The notes: generated from the letters alone by a model not told the origin. Positions 42,229-56,300 are shown, numbered from the stretch's first letter. The stretch: DNA of 64,000 nucleotides from an uncultured Parachlamydiaceae bacterium (GCA_963752155.1 CAVVXH010000001.1:32001-96000), one strand, 5' to 3'. Numbers and translations: made by a program.

Positions 42229-43182
42229 CTTAGTATTCCGCATCAGTCAATTTTGTTATTTAGGAGCGAGTCAGTTCTTGTGGCAAAAAGAACAGGAGAC
42301 GCAGAAATATAGATTACTTTTATGCGAGGATTTAGTTTTTCAAAGGCTTCTTGAGTGATCAGTTTGAGCAGTAGGAAAGCTCTACTGCTAGCAATTTTTC
42401 CATAGTATTTAAGTAATAAAGTCCTTGGTCTGTAATCTTTATACAACCTGTTAATTCAACGTATTCCAGGTTGTGTAAAGAAGCTAAATATTTAAGAGCT
42501 TCGTCCGTAATTTCGCAACGTTCCAGTAAAAGTTCTTTGAGCTCATGTAAAGAGGAAATAATTAAAATTCCACTATCACTTATGTGCGTAGCTCCTAAAT
42601 CTAAGCGCACCAAATTTTTCATTGTGGCAATATATGGCATTCCTTCGTCTGTAATAAAACATGAAGCACCGAGATTGAGTGAATGAAGGTTTTCTAATTT
42701 AGCTAACTGTTCTAGATTGTGATTAAATACATAATCACATCCATTTAAATCTAAATCCACAAGCTTGCGAAGACGACACAAATTTTCAATGAATACATCA
42801 TTAACTTTACAATATGAAATAAGAGCCAAATAAGTGAGTTGTGAAAGATGCCAAACATGCTCCAATGCCTGCTCCGTAATATCAAAGCAGCAATCAATAT
42901 GTAATTTTAAAAGTTTCGGAAATAAATCAAGAAAAGCAAAAACTTCGTCACTCGGCATTTTAAATTTGATAGATTCCAAATTCGGACAATAAGTGGCTAA
43001 AAGATGAAAATCTTCTGCAGATCTTTTTACCATCTCTTCATATTCTTGAGTTTCAAAACAAACTTCATAGGTCTGATATTCTTTGACAAACCGCTACTAA
43101 AAATCTGTACAAATCTCATCATTACAGAGAAGAGCATCAGAACGCTAGCCAAGCAGTTTTGCTAACGATTCACGTATTGGAA

Positions 43183-44706
43183 TCACACCAATATCAATCG
43201 GGATTTCTTTGTCTCAAGAGTCGAGTTTATTGGACTCAAGGATCGATTTCTATCTATCGCCCGAATGTGTGCTGCAAGCACCGTTAATTTCTTTTTCACC
43301 TGCCCCCAGAAGTGCCATACATGTTTAGTTCGATTCCTCTCGGGTAGAACAAAAGTGACATGGCCTCCCTTACCGTCGGAAATTTTCCCTTCGGGAGAAC
43401 AGGGTGCTTCAGAAAATTGTTGATAACGCCTTGCAATGCAAAGTGCAGCTGCAAGATGGACACTTAGACCATAACGCGTGGCATAGTTAATGCGGCCCAT
43501 AATAGATGTAAATGCCGGATTGACTTGATGGACTGTAATTCCATGTTTGTATGCTCGTGCCATGAGAAAAACAAAAAATAACCCATAGGCAAAACTAGAT
43601 AAAAGGCGTGCCCACTTAGAATTTCCTTTTTCCGTCAAAACTGCCTTCTTTTTTTGGAAATCTAATTTCTCAATGACGATTGGTTTTTTTGTTTCTTTTG
43701 CTCTCTCAATAAGGCTCTTGCAAAGATCACCTGTAAGAGCTTTCAGCTGATTTTTGCTTCTCCCGTAGGAAACCCAAGAAAACGTTTTTCTTTTTACAGG
43801 ATTGCCAAAGCGGTCTGTCTCCATATAGGCAATGTGATCTGTATTAAGGTCAATCCCAATAACTCCACGTTGCTCTTGTGAAACGGAAGCCACTTTTTTT
43901 AAGGCTGTTGAAACAAATACTCTCCAACCTTTTCTATCTTTTTTGAATCGGTAAGACAATGCTTGGCCCTCCGGATGATTGAGGCTTGCAAGGATGGCCT
44001 CATGTCCATAAGCGAAGGCAACATTTTCAATCTCTAGATATTTTCCCCATTTTTCTTGCAAAGCTGTAGGTAAACGTAACCGCAAGCATAGGCTCCCATT
44101 TCTAATACTGGCAGTACATGTTTGATTGCCTGCCGTTTCGTCCTTTGATCCTAAAACAAAAAATTCACTGTTGCGTTTGGCTTCCCATTGCTCTTTCCAT
44201 TCTTGATGTGAGGCAAAACCATTTTTTTCGAGATAAAATTGAGCGAGAAATAGTTTTTTACTTCCAAAACAAAGACGAACACGACCTTGCTTCCGATCTT
44301 CTTCTAAACAAGAAAGACGATGAGACAAGTTCTCTTTGCGTCGTTTTTTTTGATGGAGAACAAATTGTTTTGAAGTTTTTTTTTCTAAGCATTTAATGTT
44401 TTTCTCAAGAGTAGCGATTTGTTGTTTTAGACTTGCAATTGCTTGTTCTTGCCCGCTTTTGCAGGCAGATATTTTTCCCTCAAGGCTGACTCGACAAGCA
44501 TTAAATTGCCTCGCTGTAATGCCATAAATTTTTAGAAAACTATTTTTACATGATGCTGAGGAGCTCTCTCCATTAGCTACTTTTGCATATAAAGAACGCT
44601 CCACTTTACTCAGCAAATAAGCGCAACTTTGAAGAACTTCTTCTTGGTTTTCATTCAGCTGTAGACGAGTTTGATAGGTTAAAGTCATTTCATTTGTCAT
44701 CGCCAA
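43183..44706 (-). CDS. tnpB: IS607-associated TnpB (RuvC), zinc-finger-less clade
   Basis: GIDLN (RuvC-I), IVIEKLDF (RuvC-II), VNPAFTS..VHLAAALCIARR (RuvC-III). Confidence 0.85.
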   Translation of the reverse strand: MAMTNEMTLTYQTRLQLNENQEEVLQSCAYLLSKVERSLYAKVANGESSSASCKNSFLKIYGITARQFNACRVSLEGKISACKSGQEQAIASLKQQIATLEKNIKCLEKKTSKQFVLHQKKRRKENLSHRLSCLEEDRKQGRVRLCFGSKKLFLAQFYLEKNGFASHQEWKEQWEAKRNSEFFVLGSKDETAGNQTCTASIRNGSLCLRLRLPTALQEKWGKYLEIENVAFAYGHEAILASLNHPEGQALSYRFKKDRKGWRVFVSTALKKVASVSQEQRGVIGIDLNTDHIAYMETDRFGNPVKRKTFSWVSYGRSKNQLKALTGDLCKSLIERAKETKKPIVIEKLDFQKKKAVLTEKGNSKWARLLSSFAYGLFFVFLMARAYKHGITVHQVNPAFTSIMGRINYATRYGLSVHLAAALCIARRYQQFSEAPCSPEGKISDGKGGHVTFVLPERNRTKHVWHFWGQVKKKLTVLAAHIRAIDRNRSLSPINSTLETKKSRLILV

Positions 44707-45304
44707 TCAACACCTTTGCAGCATCTACAAGTTTTTTATTTTTTCTACTGCGACTACCGTACAAACGAGCAGAAAAAACAGTAATGATTTCTAGCACATC
44801 TTGTGCAAGCTCTTCTTCAAAAGAAGCTTCGTCGCCTTTGTTAATAATAACAACTTCAATTTGCTTTACCTCGCAAAGTGCAAAAATCAATTCTGCACCA
44901 AAACGTAATAAACGATCCTTATGCGTTAATACTAGACGGGAGATTTTTTGCTCAAGAATCAAGTTGATGAGGGCCTTAAGACCCTTTTTTTGGTAATTCA
45001 TTCCTGAACCTAAATCTTGAATAACTTGGAAATCCCATCCTTGTTTTACACAATAAGAAGTCAGAACATCCGCTTGTCTCTCGAGGTCTTTTTTTTGATC
45101 ATGACTTGAAACCCTTGCGTAAGCAACTGTTAAACCGTTATCAAAAACTTTCTTGCCTAATAATTTATCTAGATCATAATATCGTGTTTTTCCCTCCGAT
45201 TTACGATCGGGCATTAGATAGCCTGTCTTTTCCCAACGTCGAAGAGTTTGAATGCTGACCCCTAAAACTTTTGCGGCTTCGCCGACCTTGATAAATCTAG
45301 TCAT
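44690..45304 (-). CDS. tnpA: IS607 serine recombinase transposase TnpA
   Basis: N-terminal MerR-like HTH (AAKVLGVSIQTLRRWE), YARVSS, DLGSG, KDRLLRFG, SARLYG. Confidence 0.95.
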   Translation of the reverse strand: MTRFIKVGEAAKVLGVSIQTLRRWEKTGYLMPDRKSEGKTRYYDLDKLLGKKVFDNGLTVAYARVSSHDQKKDLERQADVLTSYCVKQGWDFQVIQDLGSGMNYQKKGLKALINLILEQKISRLVLTHKDRLLRFGAELIFALCEVKQIEVVIINKGDEASFEEELAQDVLEIITVFSARLYGSRSRKNKKLVDAAKVLIGDDK

Positions 45305-45964
45305 TTGATTAGATAGTATCAGATATGTATAGATTTATGCAAGCAGTTTCAAACCCTAAAAGATGTATCCATTTAGGGAGATCTTTATCGTGAGAGATTG
45401 TCAGCTCTTTGACTTTTTGAAGAACATATTTGACTTCTTCAGGGGTTAATTCCCGTAATTTCACCTCTTGAGAGAGTTCATCAACACTTTTCATTTATTC
45501 CTATTGTTTAAGGGATGAGTTACAGGCCCCCTCGCTTTCTTCTATCGTCTTATATCTGCATCTTAAGAACTTAGAAAAGCAGTCGTATATTTTTGATCGA
45601 TGAACGGTTCTTTTGCTATACCCATATCATTTCCGGCATAACCCGGCAATTAAAAAATAAAAATATCATTAATTCCCGGCTTCGGTGGGAATTGGGTCAA
45701 AAAGCTTTGACAGTCCCTAAAAACCTTTATTAGACAATTTCTTTTTTTGTCCTTAAAGAATAATTTCTATATAGATTTTTTTTGAATTTTAAGGTATCAA
45801 TCAAAATAGACAGCAATCCTTCTCATTTGCCGTGTTCGTGCCCGAAAAATAGTAATATTTACGAAAGTAATAAATAATATTTCTTTCTTAATATTTTTTT
45901 AGAGGGTATTGCGGGATAACTTGGGCACGTACACGCTATAAAAAAATAACGAGTGGAGGTCGCT

Positions 45965-47368
45965 ATGGAGTACACTATCGGCATGATCGGCCTAGGAGTC
46001 ATGGGACGCAACTTACTTCTAAACATGGCAGATAACGGATTTCATGTAGCTGGGTTCGATAAAGATCTTACCAAAGTTGAAGCTTTACTCCATGAATCGG
46101 AAGGAAATAAAGTTCATGGCGCCAAAACACTTCAAGAATTTTTGGACGTACTCCAGAAACCCAGAGCCATCATGCTCCTGATTCCGGCAGGCCCTCCCGT
46201 AGATTCAGTCATCGACGAATTGATTCCATTATTGCAACCGGGGGATTTGATCATTGATGCAGGCAATTCTTACTATAAGGATACTATTATCCGCGCAAAG
46301 AAGTTAGCGGCTATTCAGATTGAATATTTTGGCATGGGAATTTCCGGAGGAGAAGAGGGTGCCAGAAAAGGGCCAAGTCTTATGCCAGGTGGCAACAAAA
46401 AAGATTATGATCGTATCCAAAAAATCCTCGAAGCCGTCGCGGCTAAAGTCGATAACGAACCCTGTGTTGCCTATTTAGGACCCGGATCTGTAGGTCATTT
46501 TGTTAAAATGGTCCACAATGGGATCGAATATGGTATCATGCAATTAATTGCAGAAACATATGACTTGATGAAACGAGGTCTCCAGCTTGATGATGGTGCG
46601 CTTCATGAGATCTATAGATCCTGGAATAATAGTGAACTCAATAGTTATCTGCTCGAAATTACAGCAGGTATTTTTTGCAACACAGATAACAAAACAGGCA
46701 AAAATTTGATCGATGAAATTCTCGATGTGGCTAAACAAAATGGCACAGGGAAGTGGACATCGCAAAATGGAATGGATATGCAAGTTCCTATGCCGACAAT
46801 CGATCTTGCAGTAGATATAAGAAATTTATCGATGCTGGAACAACAGCGTAAAGGGATACATGAACTCATTCATAGACCCATCCAGCCTTTTCGTGGAGAT
46901 CCTCAACTCTTTTTGAAGCAATTGCAGAAAGCTTTTTATGTAAGTACGATCGTTACCTATGCACAAGGAATGGCACTCTTAAGTGCGGCCTCCCAAAAAT
47001 TAAACGCCAACTTAAATCTAGAGACGGTCGCACGCATCTGGCGCGGAGGATGTATCATTCGAGCTTCTTTGTTAGAAGATATTCGAAAGGCTTATAAAAA
47101 AGATCCTCAACTCTCCAATCTTTTGTTAGATAAAGAACTTGCGAAAAGAGTGAATGACTCTCAAGAAGATTTAAGGCAAATAATTTCTTATGCAGCAAGC
47201 ATGGGGATTCCAGTCTCTTGCTTAATGGCTTCCCTAAGCTACATCGATGCTTTTAGTAGCAGTTGGCTACCTGCAAACTTGATTCAGGCCCAACGAGATT
47301 TCTTTGGAGCGCATACCTATGAAAGAATAGACGCTAAAGGAACATTTCATACTAAGTGGGTAGAATGA
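45965..47368 (+). CDS. gnd: 6-phosphogluconate dehydrogenase (copy 1)
   Basis: [54 protein letters not shown]. Confidence 0.95.
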   Translation: MEYTIGMIGLGVMGRNLLLNMADNGFHVAGFDKDLTKVEALLHESEGNKVHGAKTLQEFLDVLQKPRAIMLLIPAGPPVDSVIDELIPLLQPGDLIIDAGNSYYKDTIIRAKKLAAIQIEYFGMGISGGEEGARKGPSLMPGGNKKDYDRIQKILEAVAAKVDNEPCVAYLGPGSVGHFVKMVHNGIEYGIMQLIAETYDLMKRGLQLDDGALHEIYRSWNNSELNSYLLEITAGIFCNTDNKTGKNLIDEILDVAKQNGTGKWTSQNGMDMQVPMPTIDLAVDIRNLSMLEQQRKGIHELIHRPIQPFRGDPQLFLKQLQKAFYVSTIVTYAQGMALLSAASQKLNANLNLETVARIWRGGCIIRASLLEDIRKAYKKDPQLSNLLLDKELAKRVNDSQEDLRQIISYAASMGIPVSCLMASLSYIDAFSSSWLPANLIQAQRDFFGAHTYERIDAKGTFHTKWVE

Positions 47369-50300
47369 AAAAGCAACTCAATACTGCGCTTGCATTTTAT
47401 CAACATGCTCATACGGCTCATTCCGTTTTTCAAAAATTGAAGAAACACGGTTTCAGAAGTGTTTTAACAATCCAAAATACTTCCGAAGGCTATGTTTGCA
47501 CGAAAGGATATGATTATTCAAAAACATTCATTGCATCAATTTTCGCCATCGCGATTGCCTTTATTGGAGGAATTTTCTTTGCACCGAAATTTGATTATTT
47601 ATGGGTTCCGCTTCTCATTATTTTAGGAATTTTGAGTATTTGCTTTGTCTATCTACATCGCAAAAATATCATTAAAAATAATCTTATAAATCGTTATAAA
47701 AGCTGTGTTCTGAGAGACGAAACACTTCTCCTCGTACAAATACGCGATAAAGATGTTCGGCAAGTGCTTAATATTTTACGTTTAGTTGAATCGAATCATC
47801 CGACTTCATTTCTATTGCGTTATGAGCCTAAAATTAGGTTTGAACGAGACCAAGAGTTTATAAAAGAACCTTTGACTTTGGATAATTTGCAAGAGCAGGC
47901 TAAACAACTTGCGAAGTCATTTAAGAAGGTCAATTACAAAAAAACTCCGGGTCATCCCCTAAAAACACGTCTTTTGGACAGTTCTCGCATATTACATGAT
48001 ATCCGTCATAATGTTGCAGAGGCAAAACATATCGAACAATCTGTGACATTGTCAGCCGAATGGTTGTTGGACAATACCTATATCATTCAAGGAAATATTG
48101 AAGAAGTCAATAGGGGACTTCCGATAAATTATTATCGCCAACTTCCTAAACTGGAAGAGAGTGAATTCGCTAAACTCCCACGGGTTTATGCTATTGCTTC
48201 CAAACTGATAGAATATACAGCCAATGCGCTCACCAAAGACAATATCATTGCATTTTTAAACTCCTACATGGTGATCGATCATTTAACCATAGGAGAACTG
48301 TGGGCTCTTCCTTTAATGCTAAGGCTATGCCTTATCGAAAGGATGAAATCCTTAGCGATTCACTTAGATCGACGTCTGCGTGAAGGAGAATTGGCGAGTT
48401 ATTGGGGAAATAGACTCCTGAATGCTGCTCAAAGAGAGCCTGAATATCTAGATTCCTTTATTAAGCATTTGAATGCATGTGAACCTCATCCGTCACCCTA
48501 CTTTGCTGAAGAGTTGATCGAGCATCTGTATGATGAAGATAATGTTTTGTCATTAGTGAAAAAGTGGATCGAAGAAAAGCTTTCAGCCAATGTTCATGAA
48601 ATCATGCAAAAAGAACAGATGCAACAAACCAAAGATGAGGTTGCATTTTCAAGTGCTGTCATTAGCATTATCGTTCTCTCGCAACTTTCTTGGAAAGAAA
48701 TCTTTGAGACGGTCAGTCCTGTAGATCAAATTCTCAAGAAAGATCCCACCGGTATTTACTCTAAAATGGATTTTGTTACTAGAGATAGCTACCGCCATTC
48801 CCTTGAAACCGTAGCACGCCGCTCTAAACACAGTGAAAGTGAAATTGCTGATGATTTGTTAAAAATGGCAGAAAACGGAACCGATGAAGTCACACGTCAT
48901 GTTGGGTATTATCTTGTTGATGATGGAAGGCCTAAGTTGGAAGCTTCATTAAGTTGCTGCCCAACATACAGTCAACGATTTCGCAGGTGGTTAAACGCAC
49001 ATCCTACACTTGTATACCTTGGAAGCATTGGATTGTTGACCGTATTGATTGAATGTTATTTATTTCGCCTTTCGGCTGAAACCTCGATTCAAAGATTCAT
49101 TTTTTTATTTTTGGCATTCATTCCCATTAGTGAAATCAGTATACAATTGATCAATATGCTTCTTCCTTCTGTTCTCCCGCCTTTTATACTTCCTAAAATG
49201 TCTTTTGATAAAGGAATTCCGGAAGATCATAAAACTTTAGTGATCATTCCCACACTCTTGTCTTCACCAGAAAGCATACAAGAAATTCTGCACCTTTTGG
49301 AGGTCCATTATTTAGGTAATCAGGATCCAGCCTTAAAATTTGGATTATTTTTTGATTATACTGATGCCCCAAAAGAAACTATGGATGAAGATGCTTCATT
49401 ATTTGACATTGCTGTAAAGGGGATGAAAAATTTAGAAGATAAGTATGGTCCTAAAATTTTTTTTCTCTTTTTAAGGCGTCGCACATGGAATCCCCATGAA
49501 TCTGCCTGGATAGGTTGGGAACGGAAACGGGGAAAATTGGAATCCTTGAATCGTTTTTTGACAGAGAATTCTTACTCAGAGCCCATCTTAGTTCATGGAC
49601 AACGTGAAGATTTAAAGAATGTGCGTTATGTCATCACTTTAGATTCCGATACACAGCTTCCTAAAGATAAAGCCAAACAACTGATCGAAACAATTGCCCA
49701 TCCTCTGAATTCTCCCCATGTGTCAACTGAAAATACCATTCGAAGGGGATATACCATTATTCAGCCAAAAGTTTGCACAGATTTCTTGCAAGCGCAACAC
49801 ACTTGGTTTTCTCGCATTTTTGCAGATGTCATTGGATTAGATCCTTATGCACAGACTTCCTCAAATGTCTATCAAGATCTTACTCGTGAGGGGATATATC
49901 ATGGGAAGTGTATTTACGACGTACGCACTTTTAACCAAATCCTTTCGAAACGATTTCCGGAAGAACATCTTTTGAGTCATGATTTACTTGAAGGTAACTA
50001 CGTCCGTGTTGGGTATGCAAGCGATATTTCACTTTATGATCAGTTTCCAGAAACTTATTTATCGTGGTCTAAGCGTCAGCATCGCTGGATGAGAGGAGAT
50101 TGGCAGATTATTGATTGGCTGTTTTCCAAGGTTCCTGATTCCACTTCTCAAAAAAAGACCAATCCACTTTCACTCATTAATCGTTGGAAAATTTTCGACA
50201 ATCTGAGAAGAGCTCTCTTTGCTCCTGCAATATTTATTCTCATAGTAGTTTCGTTGCTTTTTTCAGTGCTACCGTCCCCATGGATCCTTCTTTCCTATTT

Positions 50301-53300
50301 AGCGATATTTATTCCTGCATTGAATGGATTTGTCATGAATGTTGTGAACTATTTCAAGAGCAGAACTATTTCTTGGAAGGAGATCTTTAACGGATTTGCA
50401 CGCTCAATCACTCAAATATCACTACTCCCATACGAAGCGAAAAACTCCTTAGATGCATTCATTCGGGTCATCTATAGGCGCAATTTTTCCCATGCTAAGC
50501 TCTTAGAGTGGTCAATGGGAAATAATGGAGGTTCACACGTTGAGCACAGACGTTTCATCAAGAGGCTAGGTATCATCTCTCTATTAGCTCTGGCATTGGC
50601 TTTTGGAACCTATTATTTACATCCTGCTTCGCTCATTTGGGCTTTGCCTATTTGCGTATTATGGTTTCTATCTCCTCTGATCGTCTCTTTCTTAGATGAT
50701 ACAGCATTGTGCATGGATCAATACCAAAAAAAGATTTCGAATACTGATCGATTATGGTTGCGCAAGGTCGGTCGAAAGACATGGCGTTTTTTTGATGATT
50801 TTGTTGGGCCTCAGACAAATTGGCTTCCTCCGGACAATTATCAAAGCGATCTATTAGTCGAAGTCGCACAAAGAACGTCTACAACAAATATCGGTTTGTG
50901 GTTACTGTCGGTTATTAGTGCCCATGATTTAAATTATATTACTTATGATGATGCTATTGATCGCTTGCAAGGAACGTTTGAAACAATAAAAAAACTGGAA
51001 GTGCATGAAGGGCATCTCTTGAATTGGTATGATACACATTCACTTGCTCCTTTGCGGCCCCGTTATGTTTCTTCGGTGGACAATGGTAATTTGTTAGCAT
51101 GCTTGTGGACTCTCGAACAGTCTCTTCATCAGCTTCTTGAATCACCGGTCATCCCTCGTTCGTTTTTTTATGGTTTCCAAGATACTTATGAGCTCCTTTG
51201 CGAGAAAAAGAACTCTCGATTACCAAATGACAAATTACTCAGATTAAAGACACTTTTTTATTCAAAGCCTTCCAAGTTATCTCATGCGATTAAAACGATT
51301 AAAGAATCTTCAATGTTAGTTTCAGAGTTGCTTAATACAAGTCAAATCAGTGAAGAGCAAACGTACTGGCTAAATCAATTAGAAAAACAACTGCAAAGTT
51401 GGTTGCAGTGTTATCAGAGGTATTTGGAATGGGTGGAAATTTTAGAAGATGCCCCACAAGATAAGATGGACACTATCGATCAATTTTCTAATTTAGTACA
51501 AAAGGCTATGCAATTCATCCCTTCTTTAAGCCAGATCGCTTCAGGAAGTTTATTTGTTGAAATTCATCAGTATCTCGATTCCTTACAGAATGTACAGCCG
51601 GAAGTAAAAGGTTGGATGAATAAACTTAAAGAAGCCATGCACAAAGCTCAATGGCTTGCAGGAGAAAAGCTAGATCAGTCCCAACAGATTATTCAGGAGA
51701 CGATTAGAATTTCTCAAACGACAAATATGGAGTTTCTGTATAACAAAGATCGCAAATTGCTTTCGATAGGCTATCATGTAGAAGATTGCAAACTCGATGC
51801 CTCCTACTACGATCTCTTAGCCAGTGAAGCTCGAGTTGCCAGCCTTATTTCTATTGCTAAAGGGGATTTGCCTTTAGAACATTGGTGGTCGCTTGGAAGG
51901 CCTTATCGCAGTGTCGACGGGATGAAAGTGCTCGTATCGTGGGGAGGAACCATGTTCGAGTACTTAATGCCCGCCTTGTTTATGAAACAATATCCAGATT
52001 CTCTTCTTGGCAATGCCTGTACAAATGCTGTGAAATGTCAAATTAACTATGGAAATAAAAGAGGAATCCCTTGGGGAATATCTGAGTCTGCTTTTAGCGA
52101 GATCGATGCCAGAAAGACCTATCAATATCGCAGTTTTGGGGTTCCAGATTTAGGTTTCAAAAGGGGGCTTGAAAACGATTTGGTGGTCAGTCCCTACTCC
52201 TCAGCATTAGCCCTCATTGTCAATCCCACAGCAGCTATCAGAAATTTACAGAAATTAAGTACAGGAAGCCTGGATCTATATGACGCTTATGGATATTACG
52301 AATCTATTGATTTTGCAAGAGAACATGGACCCCATGGAGAAAGAGGGATCATTGCTTATGCTTACATGGCTCACCATCAAGGGATGTCCTTAATTGCAAT
52401 CAATAATGTATTGAACGATCATCCGATGGTCAATCGTTTTCACGAAGATCCACGTATTAGTGGAGTCCAATCACTTCTTTATGAACGGATCCCTTTCAAT
52501 CCACCTATCACCAGAGGCTATCGCAAAGAGCCACCTCCAGCTAGAGTAATCCCATTCTCAGCCCTTCCTATTATGGGTGTGGTCGATACTCCCCATACTA
52601 TCGTGCCAAAGATCAATCTTTTGGCAAACGGAGAATATTCGATCATGCTGACGAATACCGGTGGGGGTTATAGTAAATGGCGGAATATTGACATCACTCG
52701 ATGGTATGCGGATACCACCTGCGATAAATGGGGAAGTTTTTGCTACATCAAAGATCTTGAAACAGGAAAATATTGGTCTTCGACCTATCAACCCACCTAC
52801 GCCAGTAGTAAAAAATTTTCTGTTCGATTTAAATCAGATAAAGTGGAATTTCATCGTCGAGACAATTTAATTGAAACGACGACAGAAATCGCTGTTTCCC
52901 CACAAGATAATGCTGAAGTGCGTTTGATGACACTTGCAAATCTTTCAAAAAAGACGATTTATCTAGAATTGACCAGCTATAGTGAATTGGCGTTGGCTCC
53001 GCATAATACTGATCGTTCACACCCATGCTTCAATAAATTCTTTATTCAAACAGAAGCTATACCTTTGCTTTCTGGGATCCTCGCCTTTCGTCGTTTGCGT
53101 TCAGCTGATGATCAACCGATTTATGCTGCACATATTGTGACGTCGGACCAGAGTACCCAGAATTCACTTCAATACGAAACAGATCGCACACTCTTCATAG
53201 GCCGTGGAAATACTTTATCTAATCCTGATGCGTTAAACAAAAATCTAAATAATTCCGAGGGTTACGTTTTAGATCCTATATTTAGTTTACGACGACACAT

Positions 53301-56300
53301 TGTCCTGAAACCTGGCGAAAGGGCGCAGGTTTCATTTATTACGGCTGTTGCAGATGATCGCGATCAGATTATTGAATTAATGAAAAAATATGGCGATATA
53401 AAATCTACGCATCGTGCTTTAGAAATGGCATGGACACATGCTCAATTGCAAATGCGCCATCTGCGTATCCATCAGGATGAAACACAGCTCTTTCAGAAAC
53501 TTGCAAGCTATATTCTCTATCCACATAGACAGCTAAGACTCTCATCAGATCGATTATGCAAAAATCGGCTGAGCCAATCTCGCTTATGGGCCTATGGCAT
53601 CTCGGGCGATTTGCCTATTATTGCCGTGACCGTTGCCGATATTCACGAGCTGGAACTTGTCAAACAAGTCTTATTAGCTCATTCTTTTTGGCGTTTGCGT
53701 GGCCTTAAGGTCGATTTAGTCCTCTTAAATGAAGAGGCTGAAAGTTATGAGCATCCGTTGTTTGCCCATCTTCAGAATATCATCTATTCCAATGCTTATG
53801 GATCAGACATCGGACAACCTGGCGGGATTTTTTTATTGAATTGCGACCAAATGCCTGAAGAAGATGTTGTACTTATTTTAGCTACTGCGAGGGCAAACTT
53901 AATTGCTGCAAGAGGATTCCTTAGACAACATCTGATTTCACCAGTCGAGACAATCACCTATCCCTCTCGTCTTGTGATCAAAAATAAAATTCAAGATGAG
54001 CCATCGAGATCGCTTCCATTTTTAGAATTGCCGTATTTCAATGGACTCGGAGGCTTTACCCCTGATGGAAGAGAGTACGTGATTCATCTCGATTCCAATA
54101 AGCATACCCCTGCGCCTTGGATAAACGTTATCTCTAATCCTCAATTTGGCACTCTTGTTTCAGAGAGTGGTTTAGGGAGTACTTGGTATGGTAATAGCCA
54201 GACAAATCGTTTGACCGCATGGTCTAATGATCCTTTATTGAATCCTATTACAGATACAATTTATATTCGGGATGATGAACTTGGAACATATTGGACTTCA
54301 ACCCCATCGCCTATACGAGAGCTAGATCCTTATCGCATTCGGCATGGACAAGGATATTCCCGCATCGAACACAATAGCCATGGCATAGAACAAGATTTAC
54401 TTGTTTTTGTACCCGTGGATGAGTCCGGTGGGTTGCCATTAAGAATTCAACGCCTTCACCTATTTAATAATACACCTCGGAGTCGGATCTTAAGCATTTT
54501 TCCGTATGTTGAGCCAGTTCTTGGAACGAATAAAGAAGAAACGCAGATGCATCTTATTACAGAATGGGATTTGGAAAGCCAAGCTCTGTTTGTTTACAAT
54601 CATTTTAATCCCGATTTTTGTGACCATGCCGCTTTCGTTTGTTCAAATCTTCCGATTACTTCATACACCGGCAGTCGATCAGAGTTTATCGGCCGCAACC
54701 ATCATGCTGCTAATCCTGCTGCTTTGAAGCGAAAATCATTGTCTAAAACGTGTGGAGGAGGGTTGGACCCTTGCGCTGCTTTGCATGTCGGACTAGAACT
54801 AAAGCCTGGTGAACACACAGAGATTATTTTTGTGTTGGGTTATACCTCTGAGATGGATAAAGCAAGGAAGTTAATAAGTTTATGTAAAGATTCCAACTGG
54901 ATTGAATCGACATTTCAACAAACTTTAGCTTATTGGGATGGGATCTTAGGAACATTGAAAATTGAATCTCCAGATCTCTTTATTAATTTTGCGCTGAATC
55001 GATGGCTCGTTTACCAAGATCTAAGTTGTCGTATTTGGGGACGTACGGCCTTTTACCAATCGAGTGGAGCTTATGGATATCGCGATCAACTTCAGGATGT
55101 CATGGCCTTACTCTATACCAAACCGCAAATTGCTCGCGAACAAATTGTGAGAGCAGCTTCTAGGCAGTTTGTCGAAGGAGATGTGCAACATTGGTGGTTG
55201 CCACCTACAAATGGAGGAGTGCGCACACATATCTCCGATGATTTCTTATGGCTACCCTATGTTGTTGCCCAATATGTGCGCATTACTGACGATCAATCGA
55301 TTCTAGAGGAGAATATAGCCTTTATTAAGGGAGAACTTTTAAAAAAGGATCAACATGACGCCTTCTTTATCCCAGAATTATCCTCTGAAACTGGAACTGT
55401 GTTGGAACATTGCCGAAGAGCTATCCAAAGAAGCTTAGCTTCAACAGGTCCCCGAGGGCTGCCTCTCATTGGAAGCGGAGATTGGAATGATGGAATGAAC
55501 AACGTTGGTATAGGAGGAAAAGGGGAAAGTGTCTGGCTGGGATGGTTTTTAATCCATGTTCTCAATGATTTTGCTTATCTCTTAGACAAAACCGGACAAC
55601 CTGATGCCGGAAAAGGATACCTAGAACAAGCTAAAAAGTTAGCTGAGATTATCGAAGAAACCTCTTGGGATGGCCAATGGTACATTAGAGCTTACTTTGA
55701 TGACGGCACGCCCATAGGTTCAAAATCAAATGAAGAAGATTTTATCGATTCCATCGCCCAATCGTGGTCTATCATGAGTGGAGCCGCGAATCTTGAAAGA
55801 GCCTCTATTGCATTAAAGTCTGTGGAAGAACATTTAATTCGCTATAAAGAACGATTAGTATTGTTGATGACACCGGCATTCGATAAAACTCCATTGGATC
55901 CTGGCTACATCAAGGGGTATCCCCCTGGGGTTAGAGAGAATGGAGGACAATATACTCATGGATCAATATGGACAGCATTGGCATTTGCTCGGATGGGTGA
56001 GGGGGATAAAGCTGTAGAAATTCTTCGCATGATGCATCCCGTGATGCATACTCAAACGATGGAAGATGTGGAACGATACAAAGCCGAGCCTTATGTGAGT
56101 ATCGGAGATGTTTATGCCCTGGAAGGCAAGATGGGACGTGGTGGCTGGAGCTGGTACACAGGATCAACGGCGTGGATGTATAGAATCTGGTTAGAAGAAA
56201 TTATTGGATTTCAACTGAGAGGGAAGGTGTTGAGGTTACAACCGACTCTTCCAAAAGATTGGGAAAGCCTTAAATTGACTTACAGGTACTTGAGTTCGAA

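Larger units (their letters stand above)
43091..45353 (-). mobile_element. IS607-family insertion sequence (~2.26 kb)
   Basis: Serine-recombinase TnpA + TnpB; both junctions share GG core (TTAG-GG-TTTG / TAGC-GG-TTTG on minus strand), no TIR/TSD. Confidence 0.9.
42359..45494 (-). pseudogene. Leucine-rich-repeat (FBXL-type LRR) gene interrupted by IS607
   Basis: N-terminal piece 45354-45494 and LRR piece 42359-43090 rejoin in frame (..WIHLLG|FVKEYQ..EEMVKR..) on IS removal. Confidence 0.85.

Noticed and set aside
45671..45696. Hairpin AATTCCC-GGCTTCGGT-GGGAATT as riboswitch/ncRNA
   Set aside because: Single short stem; no recognisable family features.
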